Shown here: piece by piece, positions 51,831 to 63,608 of the stretch
How positions within the stretch are numbered: position 1 is the stretch's first letter
Layout: each line of letters opens with the position of its first letter
Source: Vicugna vicugna
Taxonomy: Eukaryota
Assembly (NCBI GenBank): GCA_013265495.1
Contig: MU063888.1
Coordinates: 3,422,040 to 3,486,039 of the forward strand
Direction: 5' to 3'
DNA length: 64,000 bases
Made by a program: the position numbers and the translations under genes
Notes under the pieces: generated by a model
The model's input: only the letters and a program-made list of their open reading frames with translations
Told to the model about the DNA's origin: nothing
The model's database searches: none

Positions 51831-54309
51831 TAAATAGTGGATAATTGAGAAGCCCTATGAGTTCACAGAAAGAAGGGCATGAATAAATATGGACTAGGAC
51901 AAGAGGATTTGGAAACCGGTCAGAACACCTCCTGGGGAGGAGACAACCAAACAGAAGGTTTGGGGGAGTATTTGTTTGTTTTAGTTTCTTTCTTTTCTTT
52001 TCTTTTTTTTTCTCATGCACAGGAAGAAAAAAAAATTTTTTAGTTCTTTTCCTTGTCATTTTAACTATAAAGGAATAATGCATGCTCACGGAAAAAAATT
52101 TGAAAAATTGAATGTACATAAAGTGAAAAACTTCCCCCCTCACTAAGCCTAACTGAGGAGTGTTGCGGGCTAAATAGGAGTTAGCCGAGCACAAGGGACT
52201 GCAAGAGGCAAGTGGAGACACGTGGGAATCAGTAATTCTGGGCGTGGCTATGGGAAGGAACGCCCACACCAGATCATCAGTACTGAATGAAGCCGCCAGC
52301 CTGGGCCCCAGAGCAGACCCTGCTCACAGATGCCGTGAATACCCGCAGGAAGCCTGGAGCCCAGGCCTGTTTTCCTAAAACCTGCTTTTATTTTTTTCCT
52401 AAGATCGAAGGTACTGATTCTTGGGGTCTTACAAACACAATATTTTCTGGCCTAAAGGCAAAAAAATTAAGTTATCAATTCATGTGGCGTACACTGGAAA
52501 TTTAATACATATTCAAAAAAGATGTTTGCCATGTGAAAGCTATTTGGAATGTTTCCATTTATCCCATGAAAATTAGGCATTTAGTGTAATTCAAAGCATG
52601 AGAAATTTTAAATTAATAAGATGAATCCAAGAATCATGGCCTTTGGAGCTCTCGGAAGCCTTAGAGTGCTGAAATAAGCCCTTACTTGAAGATGAGGCTA
52701 CCTCTCAACTTGAATTAAATTAAAGAGTAAATATGCTAAACGGATTTACCAGTAATCACAGCTCACTGTGCAGCTTATTAGCTTCCTTCCCCGAGCGTAC
52801 ACAACTCGACTGACTCTACATTGGTAGAAAATGTGTTGCTCCTGCAGAACATGACCTAGAACTTGACTGCTCCCTGGTACAATTCTTCTTGCTCCATCTA
52901 ATGTACAAGTTACATATCTTTTACATAGAAGCTGAAGGCTAAAAGTAGAGATAGATATTGTGAGTTACAAATAAATCTAAGAGAAGCTGATCTAAGTGCA
53001 CTTTGATAAAGACTTCTTAAAATGCAAACAAAGCAAACACGAAACGGTTAAGGATTATAGGCAGGGAGGCCAGTATTTGAAATATTGGGAGGGCAGAAAG
53101 TAGACCACTGTGCTAGGTGTTATCTCAATCACAAGAACGTTTTGAGGATTATGTTATTACTACATCATCATCATCCATTGCCCTACCACACTCACACACA
53201 CACACATTTTCAAAGGGGAAGCATCAGTTCAAAAAGTCTCAAAAACTGGCCTAGAGTCACATGGCCATTCTCAAGCAATCCAGAAGACGTTCTCACCAGG
53301 ATCTGTGCAACTAAGGTTATTGCTTGAAGCATCCATTATCCAGAAAGAAAAAAATAATAACATTCCTTCAGTTCTATATTCAGAGATACGGTGATTATAT
53401 TAAACAGAAAATTCAAAATGAAGCTCAAAAAGAAGAGTGACTCTAACACTGAACCCAGGTTAATGATTAATCACAATGTTTCACTCTCTTATGGTTTCAT
53501 TCTCCCTACTCTTTCCCTGCCATCATCTCATCACCTGTACCACAGGATCATGGCTTTATCTATTACCTAAATCACCCATGAGGTTCGCTGCTAGTGCCCC
53601 TGCTCCTCCCCACCGCTCCATCGACTTTTCTGTTCTGGAAGGTCCTGTGTGAGATGCTAGACATAAGAACAAATTTGGTTTGAACCTTGACTTCATGAAG
53701 CTTAGTGTCTGGCCTTTCAATTAGGTACATTGGTGCCCCTGAATTTGACTTTGTCCTCATTATATGTATGTAATTCACGTCTGGTTGCTGTTTTGCATAT
53801 GAGTTTATATGCAAATGTTCGTGGGAAAGGGATTTTGTGGTGTATCCCTCCCAACAACCATTGCAGTGCTATTCATTAATAATCCTATGTCGATGCAGTG
53901 CTCGGAGTTACATGAGGACCCAGACAATTCTTTGAAGTAAAATGTGCTTTTACTGCAAAGACTTACAATCATGAATTTCAGAATTAAGGAACATCATACA
54001 ATATATGGATGTATATTTATTTTTATATGTGACTGCTTGGTCTATAAATGTTTGGGTGACAATTTGTAGGAATGTATAAGTAAGAAGTGACTAACTCGGA
54101 AAGAGAGGTAAATTGATCTATTAAGCTTCACAAATGAGGAAATGACAGAGCTAAGGGGCGGAATATTTAAGGGACCTGCCCAGAGTCGTACAACTGAGAC
54201 CCAGGCTCAACTGATCTGACTTCCAGGCGAGTGCTGTTTGGCCAGATTGCAGGAGCTGCACGAGGGGAGGGTCACCCTCACTGCCCACCGTGACAGCGTC
54301 AAGAGTACT

Positions 54310-54500
54310 GACTAAAAGCACAGACTCCAGAATCAAACTGACTGGGGTTTCAGACCCTTGGGCTTCAGCTCTTTATAAGTCTTACCGTCTTAATCTGTAA
54401 TATCAAGAGATACACATCCAACCTCATACAGTTGTAATAAAGATAAAAGGACTTGATGCTTAATGCAACGCCTAGAACACAGTAATAGTCATGTGTGCCC
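54310..54500 (+). mobile_element. MIR
   Basis: 'aaagcacagactccagaatcaaactgactggggtttcag...atctgtaatatc...aacctcatacagttgtaat'. Confidence 0.65.
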
Positions 54501-54687
54501 CAAATTGCTAGCTTTTATTATTACGCAGATCTAACTGAATACTTTTTGGGTCCAGAGAAGAAAATGAAGAGGTTCTAGAGGTTCTCCATAGAAACTTGAG
54601 TAACTACTAAATGTACAGAAAGGACTAATGGAAAGAGGGCTACAAAATGTAGAATAAGACCATTTCAGATTCAAAGGAACTCCATTC

Positions 54688-54866
54688 TTTTTGGGGTTTT
54701 TTTTCAATTGAAGTATAGTTAATTTACAATGTTGTGTTAGTTTCTGGTGTACAGCATAGTGATTGATTCAGTTCTATATATATATATATATATATGTATT
54801 ATATATATTCTTTTTCATTATAGGTTATTAAAAGCTATTGAGTATAGTTCCCTGTGCTATACAACA
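54688..54866 (-). mobile_element. L1 3' end with (TA)n, antisense
   Basis: 'caattgaagtatagttaatttacaatgttgtgttagtttctggtgtacagcatagtgatt...gagtatagttccctgtgctataca'. Confidence 0.85.
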
Positions 54867-56238
54867 TTATCCAGTTTAGCCCCATTATTTAAAAGTCTAT
54901 CAAATATTTCCTGTGCTCTTTTGGTACAGCTTTGCTCCTATATCTTAAGCTGAGGAGAGATAAGACTGGTCCCTAATTGGAAATACACTGGACTCTACTG
55001 AGTTCTCTGAAATGGAGACTTAAACCAGTTAGAAATGAGAGAGAAGAGATATTGGAATGCAAAGATGGGGTGAAAATTGGGGGAGGAGTGTGTAGTAATC
55101 TTTAGAGAATAAAATACGCATTATTTAGTAAGCCTAATACTGGAGTGTTTCCCCTTCCCGCCTCCAATCCACCCCTAAGTAGGTCCAGGATAAAGAAAAA
55201 GTTATGAAAGGATAGAAGTGAGGCTGGTGGCTCAGCAAATACTCAACAATTAGAGGGAAATTTGTGTTTATAATTTGTCATGAAGGTCATATGCCATATC
55301 ATTGGCCCTCTTCTGATTTTTTTAGTAGTGTGATATCTATGTACACATTGTTGCTTCTTACTTTTTAAAAAGGCAGTGTAATTTCCCTAGGATGAAGTTA
55401 TTATGATAGCATATTTAAGTGGTTCTGATTCCAGGATTCATTCAAATGAAAGTCATTTGAATGATTAAAGTCAACTACTGCCTAAAATATTATCAAACCA
55501 AAGAAACATTAAAACCCCCCTGAAACCATCTGCACTCTATGTGCTGTGTGGTTCTAAATATTCTAAAGGAGTGAGCAAGGGTAGCTTTTGCAGGTCTGTT
55601 CACGTGTCTATGATGTGTTAAGTTGAAGAGAAATGTTCGGAGTGATGCTGATAATGTAATATCTATAGGTTCAATATCGTGTTATTTATGCATGTATGTA
55701 TGAAGGAAGGTCTAGAGGATTGCCTGCCAAAATGTGGGAGATGGTGGGAGGAGGACAGAAAGAACTTCCAACTGGCTTCATTCACTCTTCTACAGTGTGG
55801 ACAATTTTTACTGTGATCATTATTAGTTTTATCACTTAAAATATGTCTTAAAGAAATAAAACAGTACTGTTTATTTCCACATAGCATTCGCATTCTTATG
55901 CATGGTTTGTCTCTTCAGGAAATGCTCTATCAGATGAAGGTGTCAGATGAGATGACAAACAGTCTAGACGGCTTCCAGCAGGATTAAAATCCTAAAACAC
56001 GGGCAAGAAATTCTGAGTGTAAATAGGAAAGAAAATGTGGAATGGCGAATTTATTAATTCAACTTAATCTTATTTTGATCAAGTTACTGGAAAAGAAATT
56101 TTGTTATACTGTTCCCCTACTTAGACATAGAACAAGTTGTACCAGTTCAAATTATCCAATTTCTACTGTTGTAGAATTAGTTTCTGGTATTGGAAAGGTT
56201 TTAACATTTTTATCATATGACCAATACTATGTTCATTC

Positions 56239-56365
56239 AATTTTTTTATTGAGTTATAGTCAGTTTACAATGTTGTGTCAATTTCCAGTGTACAGCACAA
56301 TTTTCAGCTATACATGAACATACATATATTCATTTTCACATTCTTTTTTGCTGTGGGCTACCACC
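56239..56365 (-). mobile_element. 5'-truncated L1 3' end, antisense
   Basis: 'ttattgagttatagtcagtttacaatgttgtgtcaatttccagtgtacagcac'. Degenerate 15-bp TSD ATACTATGTTCATTC (56224-56238) versus ATACTGTGTTTATTC (56366-56380). Confidence 0.8.
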
Positions 56366-57011
56366 ATACTGTGTTTATTCTTAAAACCATGATGAGACTT
56401 AAAACTTACAGCATAGGCAAGCTGTCAACAATATTCTTCTTCACTGAGTCATACTCTTTTCTGTAGTAATTTTACCATTTTACGTCCCTTAGATGCGCTA
56501 AGGTTAATGAGGCATGAGTTAACTTTACTGACACTGTAGTTTAGGGACCCTTAAGCTCCATGATGCATATGATAGTATCACTGATAGTTTATCACTGAGG
56601 AAGTCAAAGTAAGAATCATAAACAAGTTAAAAATTATTAATAAATTTCCACGCTTCTATGGGGTGGAGCCAGGATTTGATCGCAGGCAGTCTAATAGAGA
56701 ACCTGTGTTCTTCCCACAAAGCATGGCTGTCTTAGATACTAGAGGCACGAATGGGCAAAGCAGCACGTTTCTTAACCTGTTAGTTGAGGCATCAGTTCCT
56801 GTGCACACCAACATTCAACTTCAATGCATACACTTTGCTCATCTAGCTCTTCACACTACTCTTCTCTATGTGACATTTTTTACATAACTAAATGTTTGTT
56901 TCTTTTTTAAATAACAGTTTAAAAAAAAAGCTCACCCCTAAATGAAAGACTTTCTCTACAACATTATTTTTTTGGGTCACAGGAGTCTTGCAAATTGCTT
57001 ATCGCCGTACC

Positions 57012-57173
57012 TTTAAAATTGAAGTATAGCTGACGTACGATATTAGTTTCAGCTGTAGAGCATAGTGATTCAGTATTTTTATAGATGATACTCCATTTAA
57101 AGTTACTACAAAATAATGGCTGTATTTCCCTGTGCTGTACAAGTCCAGTCCTGGACTTTCATTTGCTGGGAGG

Positions 57174-57209
<36 letters not shown>

Positions 57210-57315
57210 TACTACTACTACTACTATTATTATTATTATTAATTCAATTTTACTACTAGTGACTGGTCTGCTCAGACTGCCTGTTTCTTCCTGATTCAGC
57301 CTTGGCAGGTTGTCA
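57012..57315 (-). mobile_element. L1 3' end (57012-57145) abutting an L1 ORF2-region fragment (57146-57315)
   Basis: 'ttgaagtatagctgacgtacgatattagtttcag...gtatttccctgtgctgtaca' followed by 'tttgctgggaggttt...ggtctgctcagactgcctgtttcttcctgattcagccttggcaggttgt'. Confidence 0.7.
57181..57240. repeat. Compound microsatellite (ATT)9(ACT)6(ATT)5
   Basis: Direct reading of the sequence. Confidence 0.95.
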
Positions 57316-57950
57316 CAGTCACTTTGCAAAGTGCTTACCACTGTGTCTTGCTGCTTAGCCTTGTGACTTGCCTGTATCATGGAGCAGAGATCACGGTGCT
57401 AGGCTTCCAGTAGCAACGCTGATCTAAATAAATGACCTCGGCCATTCTCTAGCTTTCCCTTCTTGCTCTATTAAATGAGAGATTTGGACTAGATAATCTC
57501 TGAGGTCATTTCCATCACTCTAATTAGATACTATATGCTTCTAAGTGATGAGAGACTAAAGGCATTCCTGCACTGATGTTTTTATGTAATCAGCTGACAC
57601 TACAGTTTAGGATGTCAGACTATCCTTACGGTATTGCTGATTTGATTATGGTTAGAGGCTGGTGTGTCTCCAGTGTACATAGTTACAATTGACATTGATG
57701 GGTATAAAGCAGTTCACGGGACTTATTAAATCCAGCCATAGAATTTGAATGTTCTGGGTTCACTTCAGTATTCACATAAAGCATAAGTCATTCTAATTTT
57801 GAAATCTGATCTTCCCCAGCATGAGTTAAGGCTTCTAGATTTCAAAGGCATTTGTGGATTCACAAAGTGTCCCTGAATACAATTTCAGCCTCTGTGTCAC
57901 ATTCTGAAAACCCAGCTCTAAATAAATCTTATTGGGTGTTTGGTTTAAAG

Positions 57951-58071
57951 GTGAACTCAAGCAAATCTATTATTGAAAATCTGGTCCCTGGTGCCCAGTA
58001 CCAGGTTGTGATGTACCTAAGAAAAGGCCCTTTGATTGGACCACCTTCAGACCCTGTGACTTTCGCTATTG
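57951..58071 (+). CDS. PTPRO: PTPRO exon 8 (121 nt, phase 0 to 1)
   Basis: Acceptor ggtttaaag, donor G|GTAAGT. Translates [40 protein letters not shown], with an FN3 'L.PG..Y.v' motif. Confidence 0.96.
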
Positions 58072-58407
58072 GTAAGTCGCCACCCACAAGAATAGTAGCT
58101 TAATCAGGATACTGTTTGGAGGGTGCAACGTCCAAACTCAAATCATTATCATCATATCTGGGAGGCTCCGACTTGTTCACTCAATATTCCACCTTCAGAG
58201 TAAGTAATGACTACAACTGTATACCTGGTAGACATCCTTAGCTTCCATTATTTGATAAAAAGAAAATTTCAGGCGGGTATGTTTAGTCTTCAATGATTGT
58301 ATTAGAAGAATGAAAAATCTAGCTATTAAGTACAAGTGTGAAGCCATTGCAAAGACGTTAAACATTGCTTCTTGGCTTTCTTATTTTTTAATCCCCTCTC
58401 TTCTTAG

Positions 58408-58601
58408 TTCCAACTGGAATAAAGGATTTAATGCTCTATCCCTTGGGTCCTACGGCAGTGGTTTTGAGCTGGACCAGACCTTACTTAGGAGTGTTCAGAA
58501 AATACGTGGTTGAAATGTTTTATTTCAATCCTACTACAATGACATCAGAGTGGACGACCTACTATGAAATAGCAGCGACTGTCTCCTTAACTGCATCAGT
58601 G
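58408..58601 (+). CDS. PTPRO: PTPRO exon 9 (194 nt, phase 1 to 0)
   Basis: Acceptor ctctcttcttag, donor GTG|GTAACC. Translates (V)[64 protein letters not shown]. Confidence 0.96.
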
Positions 58602-59010
58602 GTAACCTGTCCTTAACCAGCTGTCATGTTTTCCTGTGTAAACAGACTTGCCTTCATGTACCAAATGTGTCTGAAAAGTTATCTATAAATTAGACCATTT
58701 TGTAAATACACACAGGTAGCTTGCTGTTTTCAAGGTTTGAGGTTATTTTTGCTTTTAATTTTGTTTTTTTGTTTTGTTTTGTTTTTTTTTTGAGACAGAG
58801 AGAGCAAAAATTGTGCCAGTGGCTTTCACTTTCAAATGAGTATATTTGCTAACCCACATTTTAGTGGCGCTCTCAAGTGCTTATTGTTCCTCTCTGTTCC
58901 TAAGGAGGGAAACACAAGAGATTTCCTTTAGTTGTTCAATAATTAGTTGACACTGGTTTTAACTCCAGTGATGACTGCTCTTGACATCAACAAATCAGGG
59001 AAACATCTAA

Positions 59011-59145
59011 GGGGGAGGGTATAGCTCAGTGGTAAAGTGCCTGCCCAGCATACACAAGGTCCTGGGTTCAATCCTCAGTGCCTCCAATAAAGTAAGTAAA
59101 TAAATAAACCTAATTACCTTCCCCTTCCAAAAAACAACCTTTAAA
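59011..59145 (+). mobile_element. tRNA-derived SINE, Vic-1-like (camelid type)
   Basis: GGGGGAGGGT head, A box TAGCTCAGTGG (59022-59032), B box GGTTCAATCC (59065-59074), and tail 'aaataaataaacctaattacc-C-rich-A-rich'. Confidence 0.85.
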
Positions 59146-59706
59146 AATCTATGATGTCAGGCCATTAGAGGATGTTCTTCCAGAGAGCAGGTGAAGGTTG
59201 CTGTTTCTAAGGCTGGAATAATTTTTAAAGTGCTGGTTACCTATAGGTCACACATGAAGTGCACAATTGTCCTCTACCCAGCTGACAACTCTGGTAACTG
59301 CCACTTCATATGGATGCCTGCTTACGGTCCAAGCTGGGAGAATATAGAGTTGTGAAAGGTCATTCATCTTAGAAACAGGAGGACGTGTACAGACAGTCAC
59401 TTACAGATAAGGACTGTCTCACTCATGTGATGTAACTTAGGAAGCTGCAAAAGGAAACCAATAATGGAAGTATTTTACTCTGTATCTTTGAATCACTTTT
59501 TAAAAATTACGTTATATTTTTGTATGTCACTTTATTTACACCTCACCTCTTTCCAAAAATAATATTTTTAATGGAAAATTTGGGAAATACAAAAAGGCAC
59601 AGAACCAAAACTAAAAATTACTTATTTTTCCATAGCCTAAAAGAAGTACGTAAATCATTTCCAAAAATATGATTTTCCCCATTACTCATTTGTCTTCTTT
59701 TTTCAG

Positions 59707-59818
59707 AGAATAGCTAATCTGCTGCCAGCGTGGTACTACAACTTCCGAGTTACCATGGTGACGTGGGGAGACCCAGAACTGAGCTGCTGTGACAGTTCCA
59801 CCATAAGCTTCATAACAG
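59707..59818 (+). CDS. PTPRO: PTPRO exon 10 (112 nt, phase 0 to 1); absent from the ORF track
   Basis: Acceptor tctttttttcag, donor G|GTGAGC. Hand translation [37 protein letters not shown], with an FN3 'L.P...Y.f.V' motif. Confidence 0.96.
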
Positions 59819-60259
59819 GTGAGCATGTGGGGAGTGGTTCCACGAGGAGAGATCACTGTTTTGAGGAGGTTCTGAAGGGACACATCTCCAGAAAGTGCTA
59901 GCCAGTCACCCGGGACCGATGAAGTATCAGTAGCATGCAAGATGATACACTTGATTCTGAAAATTCATTATTTGTTTAAATGAGAGCCTTTAAAAATTAA
60001 AATACAATTTTTATTCTGAGTCACTGCCCTTGATTTCTTTCTGAGTCACTGCCCTTGATTCATGTGCCCCTGTTTGGAATTGATTCGAGTTGAGACGTAG
60101 CGGGCAGAGCTTTCAGCTTCACACTGCACTCAATTGATTTTACCCATTTGATAATCATATTTGCTAGAATGCCCTCATTTCCTTACTAATTAAGCCATTT
60201 TTAAAGTCACAGGCTGACTGCAGCATCATCCACTGCAGGAGGTGAAACAGGCTTGGAGA

Positions 60260-60445
60260 TGGTGTGCCTGCGTATGAGTCACGGCTCACCTGTAAACCTG
60301 AGCAAGGCAATTCTAAGCCTCAGTTTTTTTCATGTGTACAATAGAGACGATTATAGTATTTATTATCTGTTATCATTACCTATTATTAATTCCCAGTTAA
60401 ATAAGCTGCTTAGCAAAATGCACAGCACAAAATTTAAGCACTTAA
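60260..60445 (+). mobile_element. MIR
   Basis: 'ctgagcaaggcaattctaagcctcagttttttcatgtgtacaatagagacg...ttagcaaaatgcacagcacaaaatttaagcacttaataaac'. Confidence 0.65.
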
Positions 60446-61126
60446 TAAACTGTTGGTGTCGGATCCTCCGAGCCTTACACGATCTAGTTCACTAACATAC
60501 GGCAGAGACAGCGGAGCTGGGCAGAGGCACCAACGGGAAGAAGAAATTCATCAAGGGAACAGCAATCCTCGTTGTTGGAACTGAGAGTTTTCAAGAACTT
60601 TTGATTGAACTGCTGTAATTAGAGTTACACTGAGAAAAGCTAAGAAAAAAAAATAGTGTTTAGATGAAGAATGATTTTCGCAAACTATTTTCCTCCCTGG
60701 ACATCTAGCTTTACTCTGTTGACATTTGTCAATTAAAAAAACGACGGAGAGAAATTCATCATGCAAATTCTTATACAGCCAGCTTATATAGTTCGTCACT
60801 TTTCTTTTCTGGCCACGATCTAGAGTTGTCTTTGTTCCAGATATTAATAGTAATTTTAGAGTAGAGAAATGAAAGACGACCATAAAAGGAGAAAATAAGA
60901 ATTATTTAACAAGCCCTGTGTTAGACTTTCGATGGTTTTAATAATCACATACTTAATTATAATTGAACTTCACTGTATCAATAAATCATATACTTAACTT
61001 TGTTAAGATTAATGCTCTGAGAATGCTCTTTCCTTCTCAGACAGAGCAGCCCAGACTTCACCTCTGAACTCTTGCTAGAGCAGACCTGGCTCTGCTAATT
61101 TCCAGGTGTAGAATTTTGAGCAAATT

Positions 61127-61270
61127 GTCTTTTTTTGTTTGTTTGTTTTGGTTTTTTTTTTGGAGGGGGGTAGGTTTATTTATGTATTTTTAATGGAGGC
61201 ACTGGGAATTGAACCCAGGACCTCGTGCATGCTAAGCATGTGCTCTACCACTGAGCTACACCCTCCCCTC
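61127..61270 (-). mobile_element. tRNA-derived SINE, Vic-1-like, antisense
   Basis: The minus strand reads 'ggggagggtgtagctcagtggtagagcacatgcttagcatgcacgaggtcctgggttcaattccc'. Perfect 12-bp TSD TTTGAGCAAATT at 61115-61126 and 61271-61282. Confidence 0.9.
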
Positions 61271-63456
61271 TTTGAGCAAATTAATGATCCTGGACTTCTA
61301 TTTTCTCACTGGTACAACTCAAAATATCGCCTAACAATGGGTTAGTAGAACAGAACTAAGTGTATTAGGACCCACTGCACTAAGTCACTGACTGCCTGGC
61401 CAGTCTCGTGGTGTCTCAGAAGGGGGACATCAGAAATGAAGTATTAACAGGAGCCGGAGTTCTGGACTGAAGTGGCTTAGGTGTGCCTTTCAAAGCCGGG
61501 AACCGTCTGGGGACAGGAAAAGATCATGGGATAATAGTTTAGGTGGATAAAGCAAGCTACTCGCCGAGGTGAGCAGTCTGTTGTCTCCAATAAATTGATC
61601 ACTGGGAATTTTTATTTTCTCCTAGGACCAACTACTAAGGCAAGCTGACACTGGTGGTCCACAATCTTATCTAAGTATAGCGACACAGATGGTCTCCATT
61701 CTCACATCTATAAAATGGGCATAATACCTCCTAGGGTAGTGTGAGAATTAAATGATGTAATCTAAATCGCTATTAAAATATACATGGTGGCTGAGTTTTA
61801 TTTTTATACCTATATTTAAAACTAGTTGAGATTTTAGCAGTTTTTTGCCTTTCTTCTCTCATTTCAATTCTAAAGCAAGTAAGATATGTTTGCAATGTCA
61901 TTCAGATTGCCAAATTGTGTAATACAACAGAGCATAGGAAGAAAATATTTGAATGAGGTCTGATGTATCAGGGCCTCAAGTCCACTATCTTCATTAAGCA
62001 ACGTTGTCTGCAAGTTCATAATTATGCTAGTGTACCAAATAATGTTTAATAAATAAAGAGTGACATCTGGTGGTCTATCAGCAATATGCTGGATTTTAAA
62101 GCAACATGGAATAGAAAAAGCTAAAGACCTCATCTCTGTGAGGTGCTAGGTATGTAATTCTAGGTTTGCAATTTTAAATATGTTTCCTGTCTTTAGTCGA
62201 ATTAGAATATGAGACTTTGAAGAAATATAAGCATAGATACTTGCATATGATGAAGTATGTAGAGATATGTTTAAAAGCTATAAAGAAACCAGGGTTATTA
62301 TCCTTTATTAGAATATTCTGCAATATGATGTGGGTTTGTGTTACTTACTATAGACATTGCTGATAGCTCAAGAATTTATTGTCGAACTTATAGAAACGTT
62401 ACTCATATCTATCATGAGGCAGAAGTGTGTTGGTTACTCTGTTACAAATCGCTTCAGTGAGTAATTGCTTTTGAAAGCATCCTTAGTTATGAATGTGTGT
62501 TATAAGTAACAGTGCATGTTAAAGAAAGTAAGTCTTTTTTGATTTGTAGAAATTCTCCTCCAAATGTTGGTTGGTTGGGGGCTGCATCTTCACACCAGCA
62601 TCGCATAGAATTTAAATTCAACTGTGTATTTGTTTGTTAAAATCTTCAGAATTATCAGCTACTTTAAAAAGTAATTCAAGTATGCTTTCAGGGATTATAT
62701 ATTGTAAGGCTTATGGTGAACTCTCCTCCCCAGTTGGAATTTTTTAAAATTTAAATGTATGAAAATATAAAAATAAATGAATAAACTCAGTGTAGCATTT
62801 TGCTTTGGAGCATGATTTTTAAAAATCCCTTCCTTCCTTCCCTTAATACTTGCTTCAGCAACTTTTATTTAGAAGGCTCTTAGCTTCCGCAAAGCACTGG
62901 GCTAGACGCTGCCGATAACGTGGTCCTGTTATCTTGTAGACATAACATTTATTTTCTGTTCCTCTCCTCATTGATCCTACTGTCCTTTATTCCCGTAAAC
63001 CTCTCTGCTGCACCACAATGAAAAAGATTTATTTTTACAGGACCCTGGAGTTTTCAGTACTGCTTGGAAAATAAGTTCACCAGTGCCTAATAATATTAAT
63101 TTATTGATGCGACAAGCATACCCAAGCAAGTGAACGTCTTAGGGAATCTTGTCACTGAAATTTGTATAAAACGCCCTACTGTCCTCAGATACAAATGGGT
63201 CTGGCTGTCTGGTGTCTGAGCCACACAAGGTAGGGTCCCCAGAACAGGTGCCCCCCTTGTACAACCAAACTTCACTACATTACTGACCAAGAGGAAGGTC
63301 AGTTTAAGACTAAGGTCCAAGAGTCCCAAGGACCATCATGTGGTGTGAATTTTAATTCTCCAAATTAACTCTATATGGGATTTCATGTTCTAATGGTAAG
63401 TACTTCAATCATTAGTAGTCTGTTACACTAAAGTCTGCCTCTGTCTTCCCTTGTAG

Positions 63457-63608
63457 CCCCAGTTGCTCCAGAAATCACTTCTGTGGAATATTTCAACAGT
63501 CTGTTATACATCAGTTGGACATATGGGGATGACACGACTGACCTCTCCCATTCTAGAATGCTCCACTGGATGGTTGTTGCAGAAGGAAAGAAGAAAATTA
63601 AAAAGAGC
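63457..63608 (+). CDS. PTPRO: PTPRO exon 11 (152 nt, phase 1 to 0)
   Basis: Acceptor cttcccttgtag, donor AGC|GTATGT. Translates (A)[50 protein letters not shown]. Confidence 0.96.

Noticed and set aside
51781-52269. 162-aa minus-strand ORF
   Set aside because: It is built from low-complexity A/T tracts and an L1 tail, with poly-Lys/Phe stretches and no domain.
57085-57380. Poly-Ile/Thr/Val ORFs resembling transmembrane segments
   Set aside because: They are translations of the (ATT)/(ACT) microsatellite.
59011-59085. tRNA gene (A and B boxes present); likewise 61195-61270 on the minus strand
   Set aside because: Both continue into the same non-tRNA SINE tail, and the second has a TSD. They are SINEs, not tRNA genes.
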